The notes beneath the pieces were generated by a model. The model was not told where the DNA came from and did not search any database. It was given only the letters and a program-made list of their open reading frames with translations. This document shows, one piece after another, positions 18,633 through 29,147 of a stretch of DNA of 64,000 nucleotides. The stretch comes from Candidatus Cloacimonadota bacterium (GTDB lineage Bacteria > Cloacimonadota > Cloacimonadia > JGIOTU-2): the NCBI GenBank assembly GCA_049903315.1, contig JBNGBT010000003.1:224001-288000 (forward strand), read 5' to 3'. Every line of letters starts with the position of its first letter. Position 1 is the stretch's first letter. A program made the translations under genes and the position numbers.

Positions 18633-20795
18633 ATGAAAAAAGTGAATTTTTGGAAAATATTTTTTATTGTTATCTGTGTATGCCTGTTTTTTACAGGACT
18701 GATAGCAGGGCTGATTTATCATTACAGTCTTGAGCTTCCTCCTATCTCACAACTCGAAGAATACGAGCTCATGAACGGCACGAAGGTGTTTGATAAAGAG
18801 GGGAATCTTGTGAAGATATTTGCAAGCGAGCATCGGAGAAGTGTACCCCTCTCAGAAATTTCCGACACACTTATTAATGCATTTATTGCAATGGAAGATG
18901 AAAATTTCTATGATCATATGGGCATTGATTTCGCTTCGATCCTGCGTGCATTTCTTGCGAATTTTTCGACAGGCAGTATTCGACAGGGAGCGAGTACTAT
19001 TACCCAGCAGCTTGCACGGGATATGTTCCTGACGCTTGAGCAATCCATGGACAGGAAGGTCAAAGAAGCGCTTCTCAGTTTTAAGATCGAGCGAACCTTT
19101 TCGAAAGACCAAATTCTGGAAATGTATCTCAATAAGACCTATCTTGGCGGCGGCAACTACGGAGTGGAATCTGCTGCACAAAATTATTTTGGGAAATCAT
19201 CAAAAGATCTTACCCTTGCAGAATGCGCGCTTCTTGCACGTATACCACAAGCACCCACCTATCTCAATCCTCGGCTTCATTATGATGAAGTGGTGCGGAG
19301 AAGTAAATTTGTTCTTGCACAAATGTATGAGCTGGGTTATATAGATGAAACTGCATACTACCAGGCATATTATGATACTGTCGAGATAAAGACCAGAAAA
19401 AAAGCCAAGCAGCCGGCTGATTATTTTTATGAATACGTCCGCAAATATATCGAGCAGAAATACGGCACATCAATGCTTTACAATGGCGGGTTACAGGTAT
19501 ATACTACCCTCGATCTTGACCTGACCAATTATGCTGATTCAGTTCTAAATAACCATCTTGAAGAGTTTGAGAACAAGCTGAATTACGACGTGAAATATGA
19601 CGAATTTCCTGCAGACACTTTTGATATTGATACGAAATATGTACAAGGTGGCGTGTATGCGATAGAACCTAATACAGGATATGTCCGCGCAATGATAGGG
19701 GGAAGAAATTTCAATCATAGCAAGTTCAATCGTGTACTTCAGGCACGAAGGCAGCCCGGATCAGCTTTCAAGCCCTTTATATATACTGCTGCTGTCGCAA
19801 ACGGATACACTGCTGCCACTATGATCAACGACCTTCCGCTTGTATTTCTGGAGAATGATACCACAGAGTGGACACCACCAAATTATTCTGATAAATTCTA
19901 TGGTTTGACAAGATTGCGCATTGCACTCAAGCATTCAAGAAATATTCCTGTAATCCAAATATTTATGGATTTGACTCCTTATGAGGTGATAAAATATGCG
20001 GAACGTCTTGGCATTGACAGCCCATTATATCCATTCCCTGCACTTTCACTTGGCTCTGCGGAGGTATATCCGGCGGAACTAATTTCTGCGTATTGCCCTT
20101 TTGCAAATGGAGGTAAGCGGGTTGATCCCATCTACATTAAAAGAATTGATGATGAAACAGGAAAAATGCTGGAGGAGCACCTTCCTCACTCATCTCAGGT
20201 TATAGGTGAGGATATTTCATATCTTATGACAAATTTGATGCAGTCAGTTGTGGATGGAGGGACAGCCGGCGGAATACGGTGGCGTGGTTTTTACCTTCCT
20301 GCAGCAGGAAAAACCGGCACGACCGATAATTATCAGGATGCATGGTGCATTGCCTATACCACGCAGCTTGTACTCGGTATCTGGGTAGGATTTGATGACA
20401 ATATCACACTTGGAAAAGGACAGGCAGGCGCATATGTCGCAGTGCCACCCTGGCCCTATATTATGAAAAGAGCAGTATTAAACAGCTCCCCGAAGGACTC
20501 CACCGGAGAAGCGATCGTGAACAAAAAGCTTTTCCAGTTTCACGAACCGGATAATATTATTCATGTGACGATTTCCGAAAAAACCGGCCTGCTCGCCCAG
20601 CCATTTGAGAAAGAAGTCACTGACGAAATTTTTATCAGGGGAACCGAACCGACAATACTTTCGGACAGTTTGGGTTATAACTTTGAGCCCATTGGATATC
20701 AGGATCTCAGCTTAGATACTCTCTACATTGATATGAATGAATATTACCGCACAATGCGGTACAGGAAAAGTATTAAATCAAGCCGAACTGAATGA
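18633..20795 (+). CDS. Penicillin-binding protein 1A family (GT51 + transpeptidase)
   Basis: EDENFYDH.G, GASTITQQLA, RKVKE, S-x-x-K (GSAFK), SRN and KTGT motifs. Confidence 0.95.
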   Translation: MKKVNFWKIFFIVICVCLFFTGLIAGLIYHYSLELPPISQLEEYELMNGTKVFDKEGNLVKIFASEHRRSVPLSEISDTLINAFIAMEDENFYDHMGIDFASILRAFLANFSTGSIRQGASTITQQLARDMFLTLEQSMDRKVKEALLSFKIERTFSKDQILEMYLNKTYLGGGNYGVESAAQNYFGKSSKDLTLAECALLARIPQAPTYLNPRLHYDEVVRRSKFVLAQMYELGYIDETAYYQAYYDTVEIKTRKKAKQPADYFYEYVRKYIEQKYGTSMLYNGGLQVYTTLDLDLTNYADSVLNNHLEEFENKLNYDVKYDEFPADTFDIDTKYVQGGVYAIEPNTGYVRAMIGGRNFNHSKFNRVLQARRQPGSAFKPFIYTAAVANGYTAATMINDLPLVFLENDTTEWTPPNYSDKFYGLTRLRIALKHSRNIPVIQIFMDLTPYEVIKYAERLGIDSPLYPFPALSLGSAEVYPAELISAYCPFANGGKRVDPIYIKRIDDETGKMLEEHLPHSSQVIGEDISYLMTNLMQSVVDGGTAGGIRWRGFYLPAAGKTGTTDNYQDAWCIAYTTQLVLGIWVGFDDNITLGKGQAGAYVAVPPWPYIMKRAVLNSSPKDSTGEAIVNKKLFQFHEPDNIIHVTISEKTGLLAQPFEKEVTDEIFIRGTEPTILSDSLGYNFEPIGYQDLSLDTLYIDMNEYYRTMRYRKSIKSSRTE

Positions 20796-21907
20796 TCGTT
20801 TTTATAATAATTTTAGGTGTTCTTCTTTTTTATTATCTCGTGTATCTTGGTATATTCAGCAGAGGATTGGGGCGAAAGTACAGTGCAGCGACAAATGCTC
20901 AACCCTTTGTGTCAGTTGTCGTGGCAGCACGAAATGAAGAGAACACGATTTCACAACTGCTCACATCACTCATCAATCAGGATTACCCGGAAAATAAGTA
21001 TGAGATTATCATAGCGGACGATGGTTCTGACGATGCTACTGCCCGTATAGTTCGAGATTTTCAAAAAAAAAGTGAAAATCTTATTTTGCTTTCGGTTGCT
21101 CTTTCTGGAGAGGTAATTTCCCGTAAAAAGAATGCACTTGCTCAGGCAGTGCAAAAAAGCAGGGGTGAAATCATCCTCACTACCGATGCAGATTGTGTGG
21201 TAACGTATCAGTGGATTTCGGGCATGATGCGCTATTTTGGCAGAGGAGTGGGAATGGTTGCAGGTTTGTCCACCCCGTTTATCCCGAATTGGAAACAAGC
21301 AACCGTGTTACAGAAGTACGAATATATTGATACGATCGGACTCTTTTTTGCTGCGGCAGGAGCACTTGGCACAGGGAGAGCATACTCCTGCAGTGGTCAA
21401 AATTTGGGTTATACAAGAGAAGCTTTCGACAAAGTGAACGGTTACGAAAGCATAAAAAAATATATTTCCGGGGATGATGTTCTTTTGATGCAGCTTATCA
21501 AGAATGCAGGTTACGAAATCCGATTCGCTTTTGGTAAAGAAACACAGGTGTTTACAAAATCAGAAACACATTTGGGAAATTTCTTGAACCAGCGAACACG
21601 ATGGGCGTCGAATGAGAGAGTTCAGATATTACTTAATATTGGATTTTATGCCTATCTCGCAGATGTATTTCTCCTAAATATTCTTATAATTACGGGACTT
21701 TTTTTTATTCCTCTTTATGCTGCCTGTGCATGGCTTTTCAAGATGATAGGAGAATATGTTGTTTTGCAAAAAGGTCTTACGCGTTTTGATCTTCCAAAGA
21801 AATCTCTCTCTCTCTTTCCATTGTGGACTATTTTACAACCATTCTATATCACGATAGTGGGAATCGGAGGTAAGCTTCAGCTTTTTTCCTGGAAGAAAAA
21901 ATCGTAG
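20792..21907 (+). CDS. Membrane GT2 glycosyltransferase
   Basis: VVAARNEE, ADDGSDD, TTDADC, SGDD and QRTRW motifs; flanking TM helices. Confidence 0.9.
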   Translation: MIVFIIILGVLLFYYLVYLGIFSRGLGRKYSAATNAQPFVSVVVAARNEENTISQLLTSLINQDYPENKYEIIIADDGSDDATARIVRDFQKKSENLILLSVALSGEVISRKKNALAQAVQKSRGEIILTTDADCVVTYQWISGMMRYFGRGVGMVAGLSTPFIPNWKQATVLQKYEYIDTIGLFFAAAGALGTGRAYSCSGQNLGYTREAFDKVNGYESIKKYISGDDVLLMQLIKNAGYEIRFAFGKETQVFTKSETHLGNFLNQRTRWASNERVQILLNIGFYAYLADVFLLNILIITGLFFIPLYAACAWLFKMIGEYVVLQKGLTRFDLPKKSLSLFPLWTILQPFYITIVGIGGKLQLFSWKKKS

Positions 21908-21999
21908 GCATGATTGGGAAAAATTGCATATTTATCCTTTGACAAATAAAAACAGTATTAAAATAAGTGTCCTATTGAAAATCATGAAGGAAAGTTAAA

Positions 22000-22692
22000 A
22001 TGGCAAAGAAAATCAAACGGCATAAACACCATGATATAAAAGAAGATAAGTTTGTGACAACTGCACTGCTTTTCTCTGAATTTGTTCAAAATCACTGGAA
22101 GAAGGTTGCTTTTGGTGCAGCAGCACTCATCGTAATCATAATTGTACTCGTCGCATTGACGTCCCGTTCCGGGAAGGTGAACATTATGGCATTAAAGCAG
22201 TTCGACACAGCCCTTGCACTCTATGAAGATAACAAGATGAATGAAGCTGAAACTGCTTTTTCTGCAATTCTCCAAGAGTACGGTTCCTCAAAATATAGAG
22301 GATTATCATATCTCTATCTTGGGAAGATCAATGTCGAGAAGGATGAGCCGGATGTTGAATCAGCTAAGATGTATTTCAATAAAGCGAAATCAAGACTGCA
22401 TGAATCAATATTTAAAGAAACTGCGTGGCTCGGGCTTGCAGAATGTACAAGGCTGTCCGAAGGTGATGATGCATATTATGAATCCCTGAAGCACTTTATC
22501 AAAAAATTCCCCAAATCGTATAAGGTGTCTTCAATCTCGTTTAAAATAGCAGAGTATTATTTTTCTAATGATGAGTATGACCAAGCAAAGGAATATTATT
22601 CCCTGATCGTGAAAAAATTCAAGAATTCATCAGACTTCTACAAATCAAAACAGCAGTTAGAATTTATCGAACAGCTACAGCAGGATACATAA
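22000..22692 (+). CDS. YfgM-like membrane-anchored TPR protein
   Basis: KEDKFV...NHWKK followed by a TM helix and TPR-like helices. Confidence 0.7.
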   Translation: MAKKIKRHKHHDIKEDKFVTTALLFSEFVQNHWKKVAFGAAALIVIIIVLVALTSRSGKVNIMALKQFDTALALYEDNKMNEAETAFSAILQEYGSSKYRGLSYLYLGKINVEKDEPDVESAKMYFNKAKSRLHESIFKETAWLGLAECTRLSEGDDAYYESLKHFIKKFPKSYKVSSISFKIAEYYFSNDEYDQAKEYYSLIVKKFKNSSDFYKSKQQLEFIEQLQQDT

Positions 22693-22707
22693 ATATCAAA
22701 ATTTTTT

Positions 22708-22732
22708 AAGCCCTCTTTGCAGGGCTTTTTTT
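22708..22732 (+). terminator. Intrinsic terminator
   Basis: AAGCCCT-CTTTGC-AGGGCTT followed by a T tract. Confidence 0.75.
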
Positions 22733-22743
22733 GTATTTACACA

Positions 22744-23979
22744 ATGAAAAAGAACATACTCGGCTGGATCAGCTATGATTTTGCCAATTCTTCATTCACC
22801 ACCATTATTGTAACGGTTGTGTACAGCGTTTATTTTAAAACGGTTGTTGTTGGCAAAGAAGGAGTTGGGGATTCGCTTTGGGGAATCTCCATCAGTCTAT
22901 CCATGCTTATTGTTGCGCTTCTTTCACCAATTCTTGGAGCCATAGCAGATTACACGCGCTCCAAAAAGAAATTCCTTTTTGTATTCTGTTACATTTCAGT
23001 GCTTTTTACTGCATTATTATATTTTATCCGTGCTGGTGCTGTGTTGTGGGGTATACTCATATTCATGATCGCCAATATCGGATTTGAAGGCGGGAATGTT
23101 TTTTATAATGCCTTCCTTCCGGAGATAACCACCAAGAAAAATCTTGGCAAAGTGTCCGGTTTAGGATGGGGGATCGGTTACATCGGGGGATTGAGCGCAC
23201 TTATTCTTTCCTATCTGTTCATAGAAACGAATGTTCCCCTTGTTTTTCCTCTGATCGCTGTCTTCTTCGGAGTTTTTGCCATTCCAATCTTTGTTTTCTT
23301 AAAAGAATCAAAGCCCACACAGCATTATAAAAATGTAAATTATATTAAAGTTGGGTATGAGCGTATTAAAAAAACTTTTCATCATATTAAAGATTTGAAA
23401 GAACTTTTCAGGTTTTTAATTTCATTTTTTATTTATAATGACGGCATCAAAACAGTAATAGTTTTCGCTGCAATTTACGGAGCACAACGCTTTAATATGT
23501 CTGGTGCTCAGCTTATTATCTATTTTGTGCTCGCAAATATTACATCTTTTATCGGCGCGATCATTTTTGGTTTTATTGTTGACAAGATCGGAGCCAAAAA
23601 AACAATTTCAATCACATTGCTTATCTGGATAGCTGTGGTCATTTGGGCATTTTTCTGTACCAATGTGACACAGTTTTATGGAGTCGGGCTGTTAGCGGGA
23701 ATAGCGATCGGGTCTTGCCAGTCTGCAAGCAGATCATTTTTGTCACTTCTCACTCCTGATGATAAGCATGCTGAATTCTTTGGTTTTTATGCAGTGAGCG
23801 GCAAAGCTGCGGCCATTATTGGTCCTTTGTTATATGGATTGCTTGTGCTGGTCTTACACAGTCAGCGATGGGCTATTTTAAGTATTGCACTTTTCTTTGT
23901 AGCTGGATTTCTTGTTCTTCAAACAGTTAATGAGAAAAATGGAGTGCAGGTTGCATCACAAATTTTTAGAAAGGAGTAG
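22744..23979 (+). CDS. MFS transporter (UMF1/ATG22-like)
   Basis: W..YDFANS, PILGAIAD, FYNAFLP, YNDG, QSASRS and EFFGFY motifs; about 12 TM helices. Start set at ATG 22744. Confidence 0.88.
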   Translation: MKKNILGWISYDFANSSFTTIIVTVVYSVYFKTVVVGKEGVGDSLWGISISLSMLIVALLSPILGAIADYTRSKKKFLFVFCYISVLFTALLYFIRAGAVLWGILIFMIANIGFEGGNVFYNAFLPEITTKKNLGKVSGLGWGIGYIGGLSALILSYLFIETNVPLVFPLIAVFFGVFAIPIFVFLKESKPTQHYKNVNYIKVGYERIKKTFHHIKDLKELFRFLISFFIYNDGIKTVIVFAAIYGAQRFNMSGAQLIIYFVLANITSFIGAIIFGFIVDKIGAKKTISITLLIWIAVVIWAFFCTNVTQFYGVGLLAGIAIGSCQSASRSFLSLLTPDDKHAEFFGFYAVSGKAAAIIGPLLYGLLVLVLHSQRWAILSIALFFVAGFLVLQTVNEKNGVQVASQIFRKE

Positions 23980-23981
23980 CC

Positions 23982-25820
23982 ATGTGTGGAATAGTTGGCT
24001 ATATCGGAAATAAACAAGCTCTACCTATCATTATTGAGGGTATTAAACGCTTGGAATATCGCGGATATGATTCATCTGGAATTGCAATAATAAATACTGA
24101 TGACGAGCTTGTCATTCATAAGAAAGAAGGCAAGATCGTAGAACTGGAGCAGTCATTTCCAAAAGGAGTGAATTTCGAAACCCATCTGGGAATTGCCCAT
24201 ACTCGTTGGGCAACGCATGGTGAACCGACGACTCTTAATGCTCATCCCCATATAGATTGCACTGGTAAGATCGCAGTCGTGCATAACGGCATTATTGAAA
24301 ATTATAAACTGCTTCGAGATAAACTGGAACGTGAAGGTCATACTTTTATTAGTGATACAGACACAGAGGTCATCGCACATCTCATTGAACAATTCTATCT
24401 TAAATGTAACGATATGCATAATGCAGTCCGCATGATGCTCAAACAAGTTGAGGGAACACTCGGTATCGTCGCAATCAATTTGGATGTTCCTGATAAACTC
24501 TATGCTGCACGCAGAGGAAGTCCACTCATTATCGGTGTAGGGGACGGACAGAATTTTATTGCTTCTGATGCCGCTGCATTGGTCGTACATACTAAAAATG
24601 TCATCTACCTTCAGGATGATGAAACTGCAGAGGTTTCTACGAATGATTTTACTATTAAAACCATTACTGATGACGAAGTTCAGAGAGAAATAAGTAAGAT
24701 CAACTGGGACATCTCCATGATCGATAAGGGCGAATATGATTTCTTCATGTTGAAGGAAATTTTTGAACAGCCAACCACGATCGCAAATGCATTCCGCGGC
24801 AGGATAATGGATTTATATAACACTTCGCGGCTCGGGGGAATTTCCCTTTCTGTAGAAGAACTGAATAGCATTAAGAAAATTTGTATCATTGCATGCGGGA
24901 CCTCATGGCATGCGGGAATGGTCGGGCAGTATCTTATCGAGGACATCGCAAAAATACCAGTTCGTGTCGAGTATGCTTCGGAGTTCCGATACCGCGATCC
25001 ATTATTAAATCCGGAAACTCTTGTTGTCGTGATAAGCCAATCCGGTGAAACTGCCGATACTCTTGCTGCATTGAGAGAAGCCAGAGCGCGCGGCACAAAA
25101 GTCATGGGTATCACTAATGTCGTGGGCAGCAGTATTGCCCGTGAAACTGATTTCGGTTCATACATACATGCCGGTGCGGAGATCGGTGTGGCATCCACGA
25201 AAGCTTTTACATCTCAGATCACAGTACTCTTCCTGCTTGCAGTGTTACTCGGGAGAATGCGCAGCGTAGCACCACGTGAAGGTGCTGAATATATAAAAGA
25301 ATTAAAATCAATTCCGGGTAAAGTAAGCGAAATCCTTAGTATGGATAGTGGAATTCGAGCAATTGCAGAGAAGTACAAAAATGCGACTAACGCTCTTTAT
25401 CTCGGCAGGGGAATTAACTTTCCCGTTGCGCTCGAAGGTGCATTAAAACTGAAAGAAATTTCCTATATCCACGCAGAAGGATATCCTGCTGCAGAGATGA
25501 AGCACGGTCCCATTGCGCTGATCGATGAAAATATGCCGGTTATCGTAGTTGCTCCGGATGATTTCGTCTATGGCAAAATATTGAATAATATAGAAGAAGT
25601 AAAGACCAGAAAAGGTAAGATCATTGTCGTTGCAAACGAACCCAGCAACGGACTGGAAAGTCTTGCCGATGATATCATATTTGTTCCCAGAACGCTCCCT
25701 GCACTCACGCCGCTTCTGACAGTGATCCCGCTCCAGCTTTTTGCATATCATGTGGCAGTGCAAAGAGGACTCGATGTTGACCAACCGAGGAACCTGGCAA
25801 AGAGCGTGACCGTAGAATAA
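23982..25820 (+). CDS. glmS: Glutamine--fructose-6-phosphate aminotransferase
   Basis: MCGIVG, EYRGYDS, HTRWATHG, SQSGETADT, ALKLKE and PRNLAKSVTVE. Confidence 0.99.
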   Translation: MCGIVGYIGNKQALPIIIEGIKRLEYRGYDSSGIAIINTDDELVIHKKEGKIVELEQSFPKGVNFETHLGIAHTRWATHGEPTTLNAHPHIDCTGKIAVVHNGIIENYKLLRDKLEREGHTFISDTDTEVIAHLIEQFYLKCNDMHNAVRMMLKQVEGTLGIVAINLDVPDKLYAARRGSPLIIGVGDGQNFIASDAAALVVHTKNVIYLQDDETAEVSTNDFTIKTITDDEVQREISKINWDISMIDKGEYDFFMLKEIFEQPTTIANAFRGRIMDLYNTSRLGGISLSVEELNSIKKICIIACGTSWHAGMVGQYLIEDIAKIPVRVEYASEFRYRDPLLNPETLVVVISQSGETADTLAALREARARGTKVMGITNVVGSSIARETDFGSYIHAGAEIGVASTKAFTSQITVLFLLAVLLGRMRSVAPREGAEYIKELKSIPGKVSEILSMDSGIRAIAEKYKNATNALYLGRGINFPVALEGALKLKEISYIHAEGYPAAEMKHGPIALIDENMPVIVVAPDDFVYGKILNNIEEVKTRKGKIIVVANEPSNGLESLADDIIFVPRTLPALTPLLTVIPLQLFAYHVAVQRGLDVDQPRNLAKSVTVE

Positions 25821-25826
25821 CGTGAG

Positions 25827-26576
25827 ATGAGCCAGCGTATCGAGAAGTGCAATGCCATTGTACTGAAGGTTACCGAATACAGTAATACCAGCCAGATAAT
25901 ACAGTTCTTTTCTAAGGAATTTGGTCATATCGGAGTGATTGCAAAGGGGACACGCAATCCGAAAAATAAATACTACGGACTTATCCAGCAGCTTGGAAAT
26001 TATGAGACAGTTATTTATAAAAAAGACACCTCACTTTCCTTACTCAAAGAAATTTCACTCATTGATGACCACAACGGGCTTAATTCGGACTTTACTATGA
26101 TTGCTCTCGCACATGCTGGGGCAGAACTCTACCTCCAGCTTATGTTCGAGGAGGATGATTATGAAAAATTTTATATCCTGCTCGCACAATTTTATGATTT
26201 TCTTCCAAGTATAAAACGCAACCATATCCTTGTTTTCTGGCGGTTCCTTCTCCGTGTTGCCGGCTTTCTAGGATTCTCTTTCAAGTTCAACACATGCCAG
26301 GTGTGTGGTATTCAAAATAGTGAACTCTTTCACGGGATTTCGTTTGTTCATAATGGATTTATTTGCAGTGATTGTGCAAAAAAGCATGCTGCGACCGAAC
26401 ATTTCCAGATAAATGAGTCAACAAGGAAATTGCTGCTGACGCTCAAGAATTTGCATAATTTGGAATCCTTTGAAATTGCCGAACAGGACATCAAGACGAT
26501 CAATACGATCTTCCGCACCTATCTCAGCTATCACCTTCATAAAAAGATACATTTGAGGAGTTTGGAAGTATTTTAG
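25827..26576 (+). CDS. recO: DNA repair protein RecO
   Basis: N-terminal OB-fold pattern (AIVLK...S.I...FS...G....IAKG) and CQVCG...CSDC zinc finger. Confidence 0.88.
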   Translation: MSQRIEKCNAIVLKVTEYSNTSQIIQFFSKEFGHIGVIAKGTRNPKNKYYGLIQQLGNYETVIYKKDTSLSLLKEISLIDDHNGLNSDFTMIALAHAGAELYLQLMFEEDDYEKFYILLAQFYDFLPSIKRNHILVFWRFLLRVAGFLGFSFKFNTCQVCGIQNSELFHGISFVHNGFICSDCAKKHAATEHFQINESTRKLLLTLKNLHNLESFEIAEQDIKTINTIFRTYLSYHLHKKIHLRSLEVF

Positions 26577-26581
26577 AAACC

Positions 26582-26608
26582 TTGCGAATGGTCTAATGAC
26601 CTTCGCAA
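26582..26608. repeat. REP-like palindrome between convergent genes
   Basis: TTGCGAA-T-GGTC-TAAT-GACC-TTCGCAA hairpin without a U tract. Confidence 0.5.
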
Positions 26609-26691
26609 CGATTGCACTTCTGAAATCTTAAATCGGTGTTCTTGAATCTTTATTCACAATAATAGTTAAGCAAGTACTTCCGCAAAGATTA

Positions 26692-27213
26692 TCAAACAAG
26701 TTCCCTCAACACAATCCTATACGAAGGTCTATACAAATTCTTATAAACAGCAGAATGTGAAAAATGAGGAAAGACGTGCTCGTTTAATAATTTGTTTAAC
26801 CTATTCCACCGATCAGGAGTGAACTGTTCGAACGTATTGCCTTCGATCAATGAACCTAATGCAAGCCAATAGTGTTTTAGTTTATCTTTGTCGGGAATTA
26901 TTTTTCGCTGCGTCTCACACAACATTTCAAAAAGTGCATTAAGCGAACATTGTTTTCTGAAAACAGGTATATTCAATCGTACGAGTTCATGATCCAGCGA
27001 AATATCAACATACAAATCGTTCTCATGGTTTTCATTAGGTGAATCAAATTCATTTTTCAGATATGAATATGCCAGTTCTTTATTCTGCAAGATATGCGCT
27101 GGTCCCATCACACTTTGGTAGAGAAGTTTATACACATCCCCGAGTTCCATTGCCGGATAGAGCTCCAGATGACAATAAATAAGTTCAATCATTTTCTTTT
27201 TGTTCATGACCAT
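26692..27213 (-). CDS. Conserved-looking hypothetical protein
   Basis: YPAME..DVYKLLYQS..GPAH ... VRLN ... HS..Y...Y.P.YR.V pattern suggests a real soluble protein; function not recognised. Confidence 0.65.
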   Translation of the reverse strand: MVMNKKKMIELIYCHLELYPAMELGDVYKLLYQSVMGPAHILQNKELAYSYLKNEFDSPNENHENDLYVDISLDHELVRLNIPVFRKQCSLNALFEMLCETQRKIIPDKDKLKHYWLALGSLIEGNTFEQFTPDRWNRLNKLLNEHVFPHFSHSAVYKNLYRPSYRIVLRELV

Positions 27214-27223
27214 ATCCCATATT

Positions 27224-27241
27224 TTGTGAAATCATTGACAA
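27224..27241. promoter_or_regulatory. Rex-like (or CRP/FNR-like) operator overlapping the -35 upstream of pckA
   Basis: TTGTGAA-ATCA-TTGACAA has one mismatch to the Rex consensus TTGTGAA-N4-TTCACAA. Its right half is TTGACA (27235-27240). Confidence 0.6.
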
Positions 27242-27432
27242 GAAAATTAGTAAACTCAAATGCAAGGCATATTTATACCACAGAGGTTGAAAAAAATCAT
27301 TTTATTATTTATATGATTTTCATCATATTCGGCTTTTTTTATTCGTAGTTATCATATTCGTATCTTGATGCTCAGTCTTGTTTATAAAGATATTTAATTT
27401 TTTTTAAATAAATAAATTTTGTAGGAGCTACA

Positions 27433-29076
27433 ATGGAATTTTATTCAAAGCTAGAAAAGCTGATTGAGAATCATCCTCTTATACTGGAGGATATCCCACG
27501 AACTGAAATGATCGGACATGCAATTGATAATGGTGAAGCTGTTATCTCAGCAAATGGATCTTGTACCACTTGGACCCCGATCGAATCTACCGGCAGGAGC
27601 CCTAAAGACACGTTGATCGTTCGACGACCAGCAAGTGAGGAAGATATTGATTGGAACTCACCAAACAATATTCCCCTCGATCCTGAAACATTTGAGATGA
27701 TTCTCGAAGACACTCTCAAAACCTTTTCAGAGAAGGACAAGATCTATATCACGAATAGAGTGCTCAGTGCAGAGACATCCTATGCACTTCCCGTACGAAC
27801 TATCTGTGATCAGTCCTTAACAGCGCTTTTTACAGATAATATGTTCCGCCCTGTTCCTGAAGATATTTCTGAGAGTGTTTTTGCGTTTAATGGTTTCACG
27901 ATCCTCGTGCTTCCCTATGATAAACTGGATAGGGCGCGTTATAAAGGACGGCTTCGCACACTTCCTGATGGCAAGACTTCGAATATGGCAATTGTGATGG
28001 ATTTTGATAAAAGGATCGGTGTGGTGTATGGCTCTGCGTATGGCGGAAGCGTGAAAAAACTTATGTTCACTGTAATGAATTATTATCTTCCTGCTGAAGG
28101 CATTTTACCGTTGCATTGCTCTGCTAATGAGGGAGAGAATGGAGATTCAGCTCTCCTGCTTGGACTTTCCGGCACAGGAAAAACTACCCTTTCTGCAGAT
28201 CCCAAACGTGCGCTTCTTGGTGATGATGAACACGGATGGAGTGAAAAGGGAATCGCAAATTTTGAGAATGGATGTTATGCAAAACTGATAAATCTTCGCG
28301 CTGATAAAGAGCCGGAAATTTATCACGCAGTGTTTCATGATGCTGACTATCTTAAGCATGGCGCAATTATCGAGAATTGTATGATGTATCCCGATGGCCA
28401 TTTCGACGTCGATGATGAGCGATTGACACCGAATTCTCGTGGCTCATATCCCTTAACATTTCTCTCAAATATAAAACATTCATCTAAATCAGGACATCCG
28501 ACAACCATCCTCTTCCTCACTGCCGATGCCAATGCAGTGATACCTCCTATTGCAAAGCTGAATCCCGAACAGGCAATGCTCTGGTTCCTGATGGGCTACA
28601 CAAGCAAGCTTGCCGGAACTGAAACAGGAATTGTCGAACCGGTCTCCACTTTTTCACGATTTTTCGGCGCACCTTTTATGCCGAGAAATCCGGATGTGTA
28701 TGCGTCTATGCTTGGTGAAAAGATGAAGGAATATCACACGCAGGTGTATCTTGTGAATACCGGCTGGAGTGGTGGCCCCTTTGGTGTTGGTTCACGGATG
28801 GACATCAATTTAACCAGAAGACTTGTTGAAGCAGCATTGAGTGGGGAACTTAAAAATGTGCAATATCAAGAAAATGAGATGTTCCACTTGTCAGTTCCGC
28901 TAGAATGTCCCGGAGTGCCTTCTGAAATTCTCGATCCGCACAATACCTGGGAAGACAAGAATGCATATAATGAACGGGCAAAGAAATTAGCTTCGGAATT
29001 CAGTGCATACTTCGATAAAGCGTACGGAGATAAAAATATTGATCCGGCAATCAGAGCGCAGTGTCCTGGGAAATAA
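27433..29076 (+). CDS. pckA: Phosphoenolpyruvate carboxykinase (ATP)
   Basis: TGRSPKD, HCSAN, GLSGTGKTTLS, GDDEHGW, GCYAK and YLVNTGW motifs. Confidence 0.96.
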   Translation: MEFYSKLEKLIENHPLILEDIPRTEMIGHAIDNGEAVISANGSCTTWTPIESTGRSPKDTLIVRRPASEEDIDWNSPNNIPLDPETFEMILEDTLKTFSEKDKIYITNRVLSAETSYALPVRTICDQSLTALFTDNMFRPVPEDISESVFAFNGFTILVLPYDKLDRARYKGRLRTLPDGKTSNMAIVMDFDKRIGVVYGSAYGGSVKKLMFTVMNYYLPAEGILPLHCSANEGENGDSALLLGLSGTGKTTLSADPKRALLGDDEHGWSEKGIANFENGCYAKLINLRADKEPEIYHAVFHDADYLKHGAIIENCMMYPDGHFDVDDERLTPNSRGSYPLTFLSNIKHSSKSGHPTTILFLTADANAVIPPIAKLNPEQAMLWFLMGYTSKLAGTETGIVEPVSTFSRFFGAPFMPRNPDVYASMLGEKMKEYHTQVYLVNTGWSGGPFGVGSRMDINLTRRLVEAALSGELKNVQYQENEMFHLSVPLECPGVPSEILDPHNTWEDKNAYNERAKKLASEFSAYFDKAYGDKNIDPAIRAQCPGK

Positions 29077-29094
29077 TCAAAGTTATATACAAAT

Positions 29095-29132
29095 AAAAAC
29101 CCCACCATTTCCTTTTAGTGGGGTTTTTTTTT
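29095..29132. terminator. Bidirectional intrinsic terminator
   Basis: AAAAACCCCAC...GTGGGGTTTTTTTTT between convergent pckA and the DUF2147-like gene. Confidence 0.8.
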
Positions 29133-29147
29133 ACAAAAGTAAAACTA

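Noticed and set aside
23940..23981. glmS ribozyme
   Set aside because: glmS starts 2 nt after the MFS stop codon, leaving no room.
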